This document shows, one piece after another, positions 40,733-51,552 of a stretch of DNA of 64,000 nt (its first letter is position 1; each line of letters starts with the position of its first letter). Both the position numbers and the translations under genes were made by a program. The stretch comes from an uncultured Acidimicrobiia bacterium (GTDB taxonomy: Bacteria > Actinomycetota > Acidimicrobiia > Acidimicrobiales > AC-14): contig CAWIIV010000023.1 in the NCBI GenBank assembly GCA_963836205.1, forward strand, positions 1 to 64,000. The letters run 5' to 3'. The notes under the pieces are model-generated. The model did no database searches. It was not told where the DNA came from and saw only the letters and a list, made by a program, of their open reading frames with translations.

Positions 40733-41776
40733 GTGGCCAAGACCCGCACGGTCTTCTCGCTCTCTCTGGTGGCTGCGATCGCCCTCGTGGCCGCCGTCCT
40801 GGGGGTGGTGGCCGGACGGGCCACCGGGTCGTCGGGCGATGGCGGTGGAGGCGGCGGATCGGGCGGGGCGGCCGGCGGCAAGAAGATCGACGTGATCATC
40901 AAGGCCAGCGACTCCTCGTTCTGGCAGGTGATGCTGGCCGGGTCGAAGCAGGCCGGGGGTGACTTCGGCCTGTCGGTGAGCACCTTCGGGCCCACGTCGG
41001 AGACCAACATCGACGAGCAGGTCCAGTTGGTCGAGAACTCGATCTCGCGGGGGGCGGACGGGATCGTGATCGCCCCCAACTCGTCCAGCGCCCTCAACTC
41101 CGCCATCGACCGGGCCCGGGCCGAGGGGATCAAGGTCGTCACCGTCGACACCGCGGTCACCACCGCCACCGAGGGCTTCATCGGCACCGACAACGTCAAG
41201 GCCGGCGAGCAGGCGGGGCGGAAGATGTGCGAGCTGCTCACGGCCGCCAACAAGACCTCGGGCAAGGTGCTGATCGAGTCGTCGGTGGCCGGCATCCAGT
41301 CGCTCGTCGACCGCGATGCCGGCTTCCGGCAGGGCTTGGCCGAGGAGTGCCCGGGCGTCGACGCCTCCCTCCAGCGGTACAACAACAACGACATCAACAC
41401 CGCCGCGTCCCAGGTGAACGACGCCCTCACCGCCAACCCCGACCTGCTCGGGGTCTTCGCCGACAACAACACTTCGGGTGTCGGCGCGGCCCGGGCCATC
41501 AAGGACAACAACGTCGCCGACCGCATCCCGGTGGTGGCCTTCGACTCCGACCCCCAGGAGAACGCCGCCCTCGCCGACGGGTCCATCGACGCCCTGGTGG
41601 TGCAGAACCCGTACTTCTTCGGCTACCAGGGCGTGCTCCAGGCCGGTATGGCCACCGTCAACCGCATCCCGCCGCGCGTCCTCGATCCCGGCGCGGTCGT
41701 CGCCGACAAGGACAACATGGACGAGCCCGAGGTGAAGCAGCTCCTCGAGCCGCCCACCGAGGAGGCGGGATCATGA
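40733..41776 (+). CDS. Sugar ABC transporter substrate-binding protein (RbsB-like)
   Basis: AAGGAGG RBS, signal anchor, IGTDN, VVAFD, VVQNPY. Confidence 0.9.
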   Translation: MAKTRTVFSLSLVAAIALVAAVLGVVAGRATGSSGDGGGGGGSGGAAGGKKIDVIIKASDSSFWQVMLAGSKQAGGDFGLSVSTFGPTSETNIDEQVQLVENSISRGADGIVIAPNSSSALNSAIDRARAEGIKVVTVDTAVTTATEGFIGTDNVKAGEQAGRKMCELLTAANKTSGKVLIESSVAGIQSLVDRDAGFRQGLAEECPGVDASLQRYNNNDINTAASQVNDALTANPDLLGVFADNNTSGVGAARAIKDNNVADRIPVVAFDSDPQENAALADGSIDALVVQNPYFFGYQGVLQAGMATVNRIPPRVLDPGAVVADKDNMDEPEVKQLLEPPTEEAGS

Positions 41777-43357
41777 CCGCCGACCGCCCCGCCGACACCG
41801 ACACCGACACCCCCGGCGGGGGAGCGCACCGCCGTCCTCGAGCTGAAGGGCATCTCCAAGGCGTTCGGACCGGTCCAGGCCCTCAGCAACGTCGACCTCC
41901 GCCTCCTGCCGGGACAGGTCCACTGCCTGGCCGGCGAGAACGGGGCCGGCAAGTCCACCCTCATCAAGGTGCTCACCGGCGCCCACAGGGCCGACTCGGG
42001 GACCTTCGTCATCGAGGGCGAGCCCGTCACCAACCCCACGCCGGCCTCGCTGCGGGCGGCGGGGGTGCAGGCCGTCTACCAGGAGCTGAGCCTGCTCCCG
42101 CACCTGTCGGTGGGCGAGAACCTGTTCATGGGCCGCCTCCCGTCGCACCGGGGCGTCCTCGACCGGGGCGACCTCAAGGACCGGGCCCGCAAGGCCCTCG
42201 ACGAGGTCGGGCTCGACAACGTCTCGCCCAGCGCCATCGTCGAGCGCCTCCCCGCCGCCACCCGCCAGCTGGTCGAGATCGCCAAGGTCCTCACCGCCGA
42301 CGTGGTGAAGGTCATCGTCTTCGACGAGCCCACCACCGCCCTCACCGAGTCCGAGTCGAAGCGGCTGCTCGAACACATCAAGCGCCTGCGGGAGGCGGGG
42401 GTGGCGATGCTCTACGTCACCCACCGGCTGGAGGAGATGTTCGAGATCGGCGACTGGGTGACGGTGCTCCGCGACGGTGGCCTGTCGGAGAGCGGCCCCA
42501 TGTCGGCCTACGACGAGGACAAGCTCATCACGGCCATGGTCGGCCGGGAGATCACGTCGCTCTACCCCGACACCCACAAGGAGCCGGGCACGCCCCTTCT
42601 GCGGGTGCGAGGGCTGCAACGGGAGGCCGACGGTCCGACGATCGACTTCGACCTGCGGGCGGGCGAGATCCTCGGCATCGGCGGCCTGCTCGGCTCGGGA
42701 CGGAGCGAGCTGCTGCTCTCGCTCTTCGGAGCCACGCCGATCGTGGCCGGCGAGATCGAGGTGGAGGGCAAGGCGGTGAAGCCCACCGGTCCCCGCACCA
42801 TGATGAACGTGGGCATCGGCCTGCTCACCGAGGACCGCAAAGTGCTCGGACTGCTGCCGGAGCTGTCGATCAGGGAGAACGTCACCATCGCCAGCCTGCG
42901 GCGGGGGTCCCGCCGGGGACTGCTCCCGCCGAAGGAGATGGGCGAGGAGGCGGACAAGCTGCTCGACAGCCTGCGCCTGCGGGCCGGCTCCTACGACCAG
43001 CCGGTGTCGACGTTGTCGGGCGGGAACCAGCAGAAGGTGCTGCTCGCCCGCTGGCTGCTGACCAAACCCAAGATCCTCGTGTTCGACGAGCCCACCAAGG
43101 GCATCGACGTGGGAGCCAAGGGGGAGCTGTACACGGTGATCGGCGACCTGGCTGCCGCCGGGCTGGGGATCATCGTGGTGTCGTCGTACCTGCCCGAGCT
43201 GCTGGGGCTGGCCGACCGTGTCCTCGTGCTGAAGGACGGGGCCATCGCCGGCGAGCTGGGGCGGGCCGCGTCCGAGGAGGACGTCCTGCGCCTGGCCAGC
43301 GGGGGCGGCGGCGGACGACCTCCGGCCTCCGAGGGAAAGGTGCCCGTCGATGCCTAA
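41773..43357 (+). CDS. Sugar ABC transporter ATPase (RbsA-like), frameshift near 41815
   Basis: GENGAGKSTL, FDEPT, LSGGNQQKV, DEPTKGIDVG. Confidence 0.9.
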
Positions 43358-44415
43358 GTTGCTGTGGCGCGAGCCGGTGCTCACCACCACCATCCGCAGC
43401 GGGCCGGCGGTGGGGATCGAGCCCCCGGACCCGGGCGAGCCGGGCGCGGCACCCACCGTCAACCGGGTCATCGCCCTGGGCGACGTCGCCGGCCGGGAGA
43501 GCGGGGGGCTGGTCGTGCTCCTGGTGGCCGTGGGCGCGCTCACCCTGGCCAGCAACGACTTCCTCACCGGGAGCAACCTGTCCAACCTGGCCCGTCAGGT
43601 GGCCATCTTCGGCATCATCGCCGTCGGCCAGCTGCTGGTGATCCTCACCGCCGGGATCGACCTGTCGGTCGGTTCGGTGCTCGCCCTCTCGGGGGCGGTG
43701 ACCGCGCAGCTGCTGGTGGCCGGCTGGCCCATCCCCCTGGCCATCCTCGTCGGCGTGGCCCTGGGCACCGGCCTCGGCATCGTCAACGGGCTCCTGGTCA
43801 CCAAGGCCAAGCTGCCGCCGTTCATCGCCACCCTGGGCATGCTCGGGATCGCCCGGGGGGTGGTCCTGGTGATCACCGACGCCAAGACGGTGCAGCCCCT
43901 GCCGACGAGCTTCGAGAAGATCGCCAACGGCACCCAGATCGGGATCCCCAACCTGCTGATCTTCGCCGTGATCATCACCGTGGCCATCCACTTCGTGCTC
44001 ACCCGCACCGTGTTCGGGCGCTACATCTACGCGGTGGGGTCGAACCCCGAGTCGGCCCGGCTGGCCGGCGTGCCGGTGCGGGTCGTCACCGTGTCGGTGT
44101 ACGCCATCTCCGGGTCTGCTGGCCGGCATCGGCGGCTTCCTGCTCACGTCCCGCCTGGGCGCGGGCATCCCCACCGCCGGCACCGGCTTCGAGCTCAACG
44201 CCATCGCCGCCTGCGTGATCGGCGGGGCCAGCCTGTTCGGGGCCAAGGGCAGCGCCATGGGCGCGGCCACGGGGGCGTTGATCATGGGGGTGCTCAACAA
44301 CGGTGGCAATCTCTTGGCCATCAACGCCTTCTACCTGCAGATCGCCATCGGTGTCCTCATCCTGGTGGCCGTCGGGTTCGACCAGCTGAACACCCGGAAG
44401 TCGGCCGGCCACTGA
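43350..44415 (+). CDS. Sugar ABC transporter permease (RbsC-like), frameshift near 44115
   Basis: GIDLSVGS, PPFIATLG, GRYIYAVGSN, IGGASLFG. Confidence 0.9.
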
Positions 44416-44420
44416 CCGGG

Positions 44421-45326
44421 TTGCTCGGCGGGATCGAGCTCGGGGGGACGAAGGTCATCTGCGTCGTCGGGACCAGTCCCGGGGACGTGCTGGCGTTGGA
44501 TCGCCACCCGACCACCATGCCGGACGAGACGCTCGGGTGGGCGGTCGCACGGCTCCGGGCGCTGGCCGAGGAGCACGGGCCGCTCGCGGCCGTCGGGGTG
44601 GCCGCCTTCGGACCGGTCGACCTCCGGCCGGAGGCCTCCACCTACGGCTGCCTGCTGGAGACGCCCAAGCGGGCGTGGGTCGGCGTCGACGTGCTGGCCC
44701 CGGTGCGGGCGGCGTTTCCCGGCGTGCCGGTGGGGATCGGGTCGGACGTGGACGGGGCCGCGCTGGCCGAGGGGGCGACGGGCGCGGCACGGGGCCTGCG
44801 GGACTTCCTCTACGTGACGATCGGCACCGGGATCGGGATGGGGGTCGTGGTCGACGGGGTCCTCGTGCATGGTGTCCTGCATCCCGAGATGGGCCACGTC
44901 ACCGTCCCCCGGGTGGACGGTGATTCGTATGCCGGGGCGTGCTTCGCCCATGGCGACTGCCTGGAGGGGATGGCCAGCGGCACCGCCATGACCGGCCGTT
45001 GGGGACAGCGGCCGGAGGAGCTGGCGGGCGAGCGGCGGGAGGCGGCCCTCGACCTGGAGGCCGCCTACCTGGCCGCCGGGCTGCGCAACGCCGTCTACGC
45101 CTTCGCCCCCGAGCGCATCGTCCTGGGCGGGGGCGTGGCCCACATGTCCGGGCTGGTCGAGCGGGTGCGGCGGGCGCTGGCCGCGGACCTCGGCGGCTAC
45201 CCCGGCCTCCCCGAGTACGCCCGCCGCGACTTCGTCGTCACCGCCGGCCTGGGCGACATTGCCGGCCCCGCCGGCGCATTGGAGTTCGCGGCCCAAGCCG
45301 CGGCCTCCGCCGCCTCGGGGAGCTGA
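44421..45326 (+). CDS. ROK-family sugar kinase (fructokinase-like)
   Basis: GIELGGTK, FGP, TIGTGIG, HPEMGH, CFAHGDCLEG; start approximate. Confidence 0.88.
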   Translation: MLGGIELGGTKVICVVGTSPGDVLALDRHPTTMPDETLGWAVARLRALAEEHGPLAAVGVAAFGPVDLRPEASTYGCLLETPKRAWVGVDVLAPVRAAFPGVPVGIGSDVDGAALAEGATGAARGLRDFLYVTIGTGIGMGVVVDGVLVHGVLHPEMGHVTVPRVDGDSYAGACFAHGDCLEGMASGTAMTGRWGQRPEELAGERREAALDLEAAYLAAGLRNAVYAFAPERIVLGGGVAHMSGLVERVRRALAADLGGYPGLPEYARRDFVVTAGLGDIAGPAGALEFAAQAAASAASGS

Positions 45327-45412
45327 TCGGCGGATTGCCCGGCGCGGCGGCGTCAAGGTCGATCGCCTCGGCGATAACCTCGGCTCTCGTTCCGTCGGAA
45401 GGCGAGATTCAG

Positions 45413-46651
45413 ATGGCAGACGCACCGAAGCCGCTCGAGTCTCCCGCCCTCGGCAGCGGCATCGAAGACCTCATCCAGCCCTGTGGTACCGGCATCCGGC
45501 CGGCCAGGCCGAAGGCCCCGACGAAGGGTCCAACAGTGGGTGTGGCGTTGAGTGGCGGCGGGTTCCGGGCCACGTTCGCCGCCCTGGGCGTGCTCCGGTT
45601 CCTGGCCGACGCCGGGCTGCTGGGCAACCTCCGTTACGCGTCGTCGGTGTCGGGCGGATCGGTGGCCAACGGCATGCTCGCGACCAGATGGGCCGAGGTC
45701 CGAGCCGGTGGGTACGCGTCGGGCGAGCTCGACCGGCTCGTCATCGACCCCATGGTGGCCCAGGTGGCGGGCAAGTCGCTGAAGACGAAGGTCATCCGGA
45801 ACGTCTGGCGGACAGTGGGCTTTTCGAAGGGCCGCACCGACATCTTGGCCTGGGCTCTCGACGATTGGTTCTACGGCAACACGCAACTCGAAGATCTCGA
45901 CCCCGAGTGCCGGTGGATCATCAACGCGGCCAACCTCAACACGGGCGTCAGGTTCGGGTTCGAGCGCGACGTCCTGGGTGACTACGTCACCGGCAACGCG
46001 CCGACCGCGGGCACCGGCCTGAAGGTGTCCCACGCCGTCGCCGCGTCGGCGGCGGTTCCCGGCGTGCTCGCACCACTTCAGATCGCCGGTGTGCCCTTCC
46101 CGTGCTGGACGGGTCCGGTCGAGCTGATCGACGGAGGCGCCTACGACAACGCCGCCCTGACCCCCCTCGACCGGCCCGGCCTCCGCCACGTCTTCACCTT
46201 CACGATCAACGCCGGAGGGGTCTTCGTGACGGGCGGCTACGGGAGGATCCCGCTCGTGCGGGAGCTCACCCGGGCCAACTCGCTCCTGTACCGCCAGAGC
46301 ACGGCCTTGCGCACCAGCCTGATGGTCGAGCGCTTCCGAGCCTGGGATTCCACCATCGAGGGCGAGCAACCGGCCTGGGCCCGACAGGGACTGCTGTTCG
46401 GGCTGGCCACGACCATCGAGGCCAAGGACGCCCCGGCCGAGTTCGCCGAGTTCGTCGCCGCTCACCCCGAGGAACGTACGTACAAAGGCAAGGATCTGGC
46501 CTTCGTCCCGACCGTGTTCGACAGGCTCGACGAGGCCCTGTTGCGACGGCTGGTCTACCGGGGGTGGTGGCTCACCGGCGCCAGCCTCGCCCGCTGGTAT
46601 CCCGGTATGGCCCGCCTGGAGCCTTCGGCCACGCCGCCACCCCTCGACTGA
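45413..46651 (+). CDS. Patatin/cPLA2-like phospholipase
   Basis: ALSGGGFRA, SSVSGGS, AASAAVP, DGG. Confidence 0.85.
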   Translation: MADAPKPLESPALGSGIEDLIQPCGTGIRPARPKAPTKGPTVGVALSGGGFRATFAALGVLRFLADAGLLGNLRYASSVSGGSVANGMLATRWAEVRAGGYASGELDRLVIDPMVAQVAGKSLKTKVIRNVWRTVGFSKGRTDILAWALDDWFYGNTQLEDLDPECRWIINAANLNTGVRFGFERDVLGDYVTGNAPTAGTGLKVSHAVAASAAVPGVLAPLQIAGVPFPCWTGPVELIDGGAYDNAALTPLDRPGLRHVFTFTINAGGVFVTGGYGRIPLVRELTRANSLLYRQSTALRTSLMVERFRAWDSTIEGEQPAWARQGLLFGLATTIEAKDAPAEFAEFVAAHPEERTYKGKDLAFVPTVFDRLDEALLRRLVYRGWWLTGASLARWYPGMARLEPSATPPPLD

Positions 46652-46673
46652 CCGACATGCCGAGGCGAGCCGC

Positions 46674-47408
46674 CTACGAGGCCTCCCGGAGGCGCTTCGA
46701 GAGGAGGTCGGTCAGGCGGGCCCGCTCGCCCTCGTCGAAGGTCCCGGCCCGATCGGTCAGGAACAACCCGGCCAGGCCCCGACCTCCTCTGAGGAACACC
46801 AAGTCGAAGCTCGCGGTGTCGGGGAGGGCGTCCAGCTCGGGGGGCAGGTCGGGGACGAGCGTGATCCGGTAACCGATCTGGCCGTCACTGCGGGTATCGA
46901 CGGGCAGGGTCGACACCGATATCTCGGGCGCGCTGCCGAACTGCTCGAAGGTGGTCCGGAGCGTTTCCTCCAGGCATTCGGCGACGCCCTGGCGGCTCAT
47001 CTCGGCGAACGCCGCCTCCGCCTCGTCCTCCTGTTCGGCGAAGACGACGAGCGACAACACCGAAACCGAACCCTCGTCGTCGTTGAACTCCGAGCTCTCG
47101 CCGCGTGGGCCCTTGCCCAGGTTGTCCAGGAGGGCGTTGTCGCCCAGGCAGCTGAGGAACCTGTCCTCGAGAGCGTCGTCCTCGGCGTCCTCCTCCCCCG
47201 GCGAGGGCTCGGTCTCGTCGTCCTCGACCCGCGGCTCCTCCCTCAGTCTCGGCAGGTCAGCCTGCCGGAGGACGACCTCCCCGGCCCTGGCCTTGTCGTC
47301 CGCCGCCGACGGTGGCGTCGATCCCCCGCCGCCACCCGCGCACGCGCCCAGGGTCACCCCGAACACGAAGACCACGACGATGCACCGTCCACGGGACCGT
47401 CGTGCCAC
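46674..47408 (-). CDS. Putative lipoprotein
   Basis: Signal peptide with LGAC lipobox; acidic domain. Confidence 0.65.
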   Translation of the reverse strand: MARRSRGRCIVVVFVFGVTLGACAGGGGGSTPPSAADDKARAGEVVLRQADLPRLREEPRVEDDETEPSPGEEDAEDDALEDRFLSCLGDNALLDNLGKGPRGESSEFNDDEGSVSVLSLVVFAEQEDEAEAAFAEMSRQGVAECLEETLRTTFEQFGSAPEISVSTLPVDTRSDGQIGYRITLVPDLPPELDALPDTASFDLVFLRGGRGLAGLFLTDRAGTFDEGERARLTDLLSKRLREAS

Positions 47409-47484
47409 CGCCCACTTGGAGTTGCTCCGTTCGTTGCCGAGGCCGCTCAGGCTACCGGCGCCGGCCAGGTCGACCGACGGGGAG

Positions 47485-47650
47485 TCAGGCGTCCCACTCG
47501 ACGTGCAGTTCCCGGAGACCGCGGTGGACGGAGTTCACGACCCAGGTGAGCTCCTGGCCGTCGGTCAGCCGGAGACCGGGAAGGCGGGCCGCCAGGAGCT
47601 CGACGGCGACGCGGCCCCTCGAGCGAGCAGCAGGTGTGTGGATACCGACC
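47485..47650 (-). pseudogene. Cytochrome P450 C-terminal remnant
   Basis: Degenerate GIHT..C heme loop followed by GRVAVELLAARLPGLRL...HRGLRELHVEW. Confidence 0.65.
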
Positions 47651-47734
47651 GGGCTGGACCATCGTCCCGGTCGGGTAGGACCAGGTGGGTATCGCACCGT
47701 CGGACCCCCGGCGGCCGGCGCCGGCGGACCCGGC

Positions 47735-48811
47735 CTACGCGCCGAAGACGGCGGCCAGCTCCTGGGGGACGGCGACCTCGAGTTGGCCGTACGTGCACGA
47801 ACGCGGCTCCCGTTCGGGGCGCCAGCGGACGAAGTGGGTGGCGTGGCGAAAACGTTCGCCTTGCATGTGGTCGAAGGCGACCTCGGCCACCAGCTCGGCC
47901 CGGAGGGGCTCCCACGACATGTCCTTGCCTGCGTTCCACCGGTTCCCCATGCCCGGCACCTGGCCGCCGGAGGCGGTCATGAACTCGGCCCACTCGCCCC
48001 ACGGGTGTCCGTCCAACGCATCGACCCGGTAGGGGGCCAGCTCGTCGACCAGTTCCTTGCGCCGGGCCATGGTGAAGGCGGCGGCAACCCCGACGTGGTG
48101 GAGCGACCCGTCGTCGTCGTAGAGGCCGAGGAGCAACGACCCCACGATGGGGCCGGTCTTGTGCCAGCGGAAGCCGGCGACGACGCAGTCGGCGGTCCGT
48201 TGGTGCTTGACCTTGAGCATCACCCGCTCGTCCTCCCGGTACGTCAGGTGGACGGGCTTGGCCACCACCCCGTCGAGACCGGCGCCCTCGAAGCGGTCGA
48301 ACCACTGCTCGGCCAGGGCCCGGTCGGCGGTGGCGGGCGTCAGATGCACAGGCGGCGCCACCCCGGCGAGGGCCGATTCCAGCAACGCCCGGCGCTCGGA
48401 AAACGGACGCCCCCGGAGGTCGTCGTCGCCCAGGGCCAACAGGTCGAAGGCCACGAACGACGACGGCAGCTCCTGGGCCAACATCTTGATCCGGGACTCG
48501 GCCGGGTGGATGCGCAGTTGGAGGGCCTCGAAGTCGAGACCGCCCGGAGTGGCGATCACGATCTCGCCGTCGAGCACGCACCGCTCGGGCAGGGCGGCCC
48601 GAAGCGACTCCACCAGCTCCGGGAAGTACCTGGTCAGGGGCTTCTCGTTGCGGCTGCCGATGACCACCTCGTCGCCGTCTCGAAACACGATCCCCCTGAA
48701 CCCGTCCCACTTGGGCTCGTAGATCACCCCGCCCGAGGCGGGCAGCTCCCGAGCCAGTTTGGCCAGCATGGGCTTGACGGGAGGCATCACGGGCAGGTCC
48801 ACAGCCCCCAT
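47735..48811 (-). CDS. ligC: ATP-dependent DNA ligase
   Basis: PMLAK, EPKWDGFR, GLDGVVAK, KVKHQRTADCVV, SCTYGQL. Confidence 0.92.
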   Translation of the reverse strand: MGAVDLPVMPPVKPMLAKLARELPASGGVIYEPKWDGFRGIVFRDGDEVVIGSRNEKPLTRYFPELVESLRAALPERCVLDGEIVIATPGGLDFEALQLRIHPAESRIKMLAQELPSSFVAFDLLALGDDDLRGRPFSERRALLESALAGVAPPVHLTPATADRALAEQWFDRFEGAGLDGVVAKPVHLTYREDERVMLKVKHQRTADCVVAGFRWHKTGPIVGSLLLGLYDDDGSLHHVGVAAAFTMARRKELVDELAPYRVDALDGHPWGEWAEFMTASGGQVPGMGNRWNAGKDMSWEPLRAELVAEVAFDHMQGERFRHATHFVRWRPEREPRSCTYGQLEVAVPQELAAVFGA

Positions 48812-48876
48812 TGAAGCCCCAAATGAATGCGCGGGCCCGGCTTCCGGCGCCCAATCGTTGGGTACGGTCGGCCTCG

Positions 48877-51552
48877 ATGCCTACGCCCCGGGCCACGTAC
48901 CGACTCCAGATGCACGCCGGCTTCACGTTCGACGACGCGGTCGAGATCGTCGACTACCTGGCCGACCTGGGCGTGAGCCACGTCTACCTGTCCCCGATCC
49001 TGCAGGCGGCGGCGGGGAGCACCCACGGCTACGACGTCGTCGACCACTCCCGCATCAACGTCGAGCTCGGGGGCGAGGCGGGCCACGAGCGGCTGGCCGT
49101 GGCCCTCGCCCGCCGCCAGTTGGGTGAGATCGTCGACATCGTCCCCAACCACATGGCCATCGGCGAGTCCAACGCCTGGTGGTGGGACGTCCTCGAGAAC
49201 GGACCGTCGAGCCGGTGGGCGGCCGCCTTCGACATCGACTGGGACACCGACGGCGCGTCCCACCAGAAGGTCCTCCTGCCGTTCCTCGGCGACCACTACG
49301 GCCGGGTGCTGGAGGCGGGCGAGCTCCGCCTCGACCGCGACGGCGGCAGCTTCGTCATCCGCTACTTCGACCACGTGGTGCCGGTGTCGCCCCGCACGCT
49401 CGATGACCTCCTCGGGCGCACGGCCGAGGTGTTCGGGTCCGACGAGCTGGCCAGCCTCTCGGTGGCCCTCGGCCGCCTGCCGCCGGCCAACGCCACCGAC
49501 GAGGAGAGCGTCATCGAGCGCCACCGCGACAAGGAGGTGCTCCGGGGCCAGCTCACCCGGCTGCTCGACGAGGACCTCCACCTGGCCGGGGCCGTCGACG
49601 GGGCGGTGGCCACCACCAACGCCGACCCCGACGCCCTCGACGCCCTCGTCGACCGCCAGAACTACCGCCTGATCTACTGGCGGTCGGCCGGCCAGGAGCT
49701 CGATTACCGCCGCTTCTTCGACGTCCCCACCCTGATCGGCCTACGTATCGAGCGCCGCCGCATCTTCACCGCGGCCCACGAGAAGATCCTCGAACTGGTG
49801 AAGAACGGGCGAATCGATGGCCTGCGGATCGACCACATCGACGGCCTCCGCTATCCGGCGGGGTACCTCGAGCGGCTGGCCGACGAGTCCGGCGGGGCCT
49901 ACGTGCTGGTGGAAAAGATCCTCGAGCACGGGGAGGAGCTGCCGACGGCGTGGCCCGTCGCCGGCACCACCGGGTACGACTTCCTCAACGCGGTGGCCGG
50001 GCTCTTTGTCGACCCCGCGGGCGAGGAACCCCTCACCGAGCTGTACGGGGAGGTCACGGGCGCCGTCCCCGGCGAGCCGCCGAGCTGGGACGACGCCGTC
50101 GCCCAGGGCAAGAACCTCGTGCTGCGGGAGGTGTTGGGGGCCGACGTCAACCGGCTGGTGCGGCTGCTGGTGTCGGTGTGCGAGCACCACCGCCGTTACC
50201 GCGACTACACCCGCCGCGACCTCCACGAGGCCCTGTGGGAGGTGCTGGCCTGCTTCCCCGTGTACCGCACCTACGCCCGGCCCGGGGAGGAGCCGACGGA
50301 GGCCGAAGTTGCCGTGGTGGAGACGGCGGTGGCGGCCGCCGCCGACCGCCGGCCCCAGCTTGACCCCGAGCTGTTCTCGTTCCTGCGCGACCTGCTCCTG
50401 CTCCGGGTGCCGGGCGAGGCCGAGGTCGACTTCGGGCTCCGGTTCCAACAGGTCACCGGGCCGGTTATGGCCAAGGGGGTGGAGGACACCGCCTTCTACC
50501 GCTACAACCGGCTGGTCAGCCTCAACGACGTCGGTGGCGACCCCGGGCGGTTCGGGACGTCGGTGGCCGAGTTCCACGAGTTCAACCGGCGGGCGGCGGG
50601 GGGATGGCCGGCCACCATGCTGGCCACGTCGACCCACGACACCAAGCGCAGCGAGGACGTGCGGGTCCGCATCGGGCTGCTCTCCGAGATCCCCTCGGAA
50701 TGGGGGGCGACCGTCCGCCGGTGGACGACGATGAACGCCCGCCACAAGACGGACCGGATGCCCGACGCCAACACCGAGTACCTGCTCTACCAGACGTTGG
50801 TGGGCGCCTATCCGCTGAGTGCGGCGCGGGCGGTGGCGTACATGGAGAAGGCGTCCCGGGAGGCCAAGGAGCACACGTCGTGGATCGACCCCGAGCCGGC
50901 GTACGACTCGGCCCTGCGGGACTTCGTGGAGGCGGTGATCACCGACCCCGAGTTCTCCGCCGACCTGACCGGGTTCGTGCGGCCCCTGGTCGACCCCGGC
51001 CGGACGGTAGCGGTGGCCCAGGCCCTGCTCAAGCTCACTGCCCCCGGCGTGCCCGACCTGTACCAGGGCACCGAGGTGTGGAACCTCAGCCTGGTCGACC
51101 CCGACAACCGCCGCCCGGTCGACTACGAGGCCTGCCGCAGCCTGCTGGAGAAGGTCCGCCACCTCGACGCGGACGATGTCCTGGCCTTGGCCGACGAGGG
51201 GGCGGCCAAGCTGTGGACGGTGTGGCGGGCGCTGGCGGTGCGCCGGGACCATCCCGATGCGTTCGGCGAGACGGGAGGCGTATGAACCGTTGCTGGCGAC
51301 GGGCGCCCAGGCGGACCATTTGGTCGGGATTCGTGCGGGGCGAACGGGTCGCCACGGTCGTGGCCCGGTTTGTCCTGGGCCTGGCCCGGGACGGGGGGTG
51401 GGCCGACACCACCGTGGAGCTGCCGCCTGGGACGTGGACCGACGTTCTGGGCGGGAGCGTGGTGGCGGGTGACGGCGGCGGGGGGCCGGTGATCGGTGCC
51501 GGTCGGTGAGCTGCTCGACCAGTTCCCGGTGGCGTTGCTCGTGCGCCGATGA
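48877..51552 (+). CDS. treY: Malto-oligosyltrehalose synthase; frameshifts at 51280-51500
   Basis: ATYRLQ, STHGYDVVD, DIVPNHM, GLRIDHIDGL, STHDTKRSED; C-terminus ...FPVALL in shifted frames. Confidence 0.93.

Noticed and set aside
43350-45326. Apparent permease-ROK kinase fusion
   Set aside because: Frameshift near 44115; the permease ends at 44415 in another frame.
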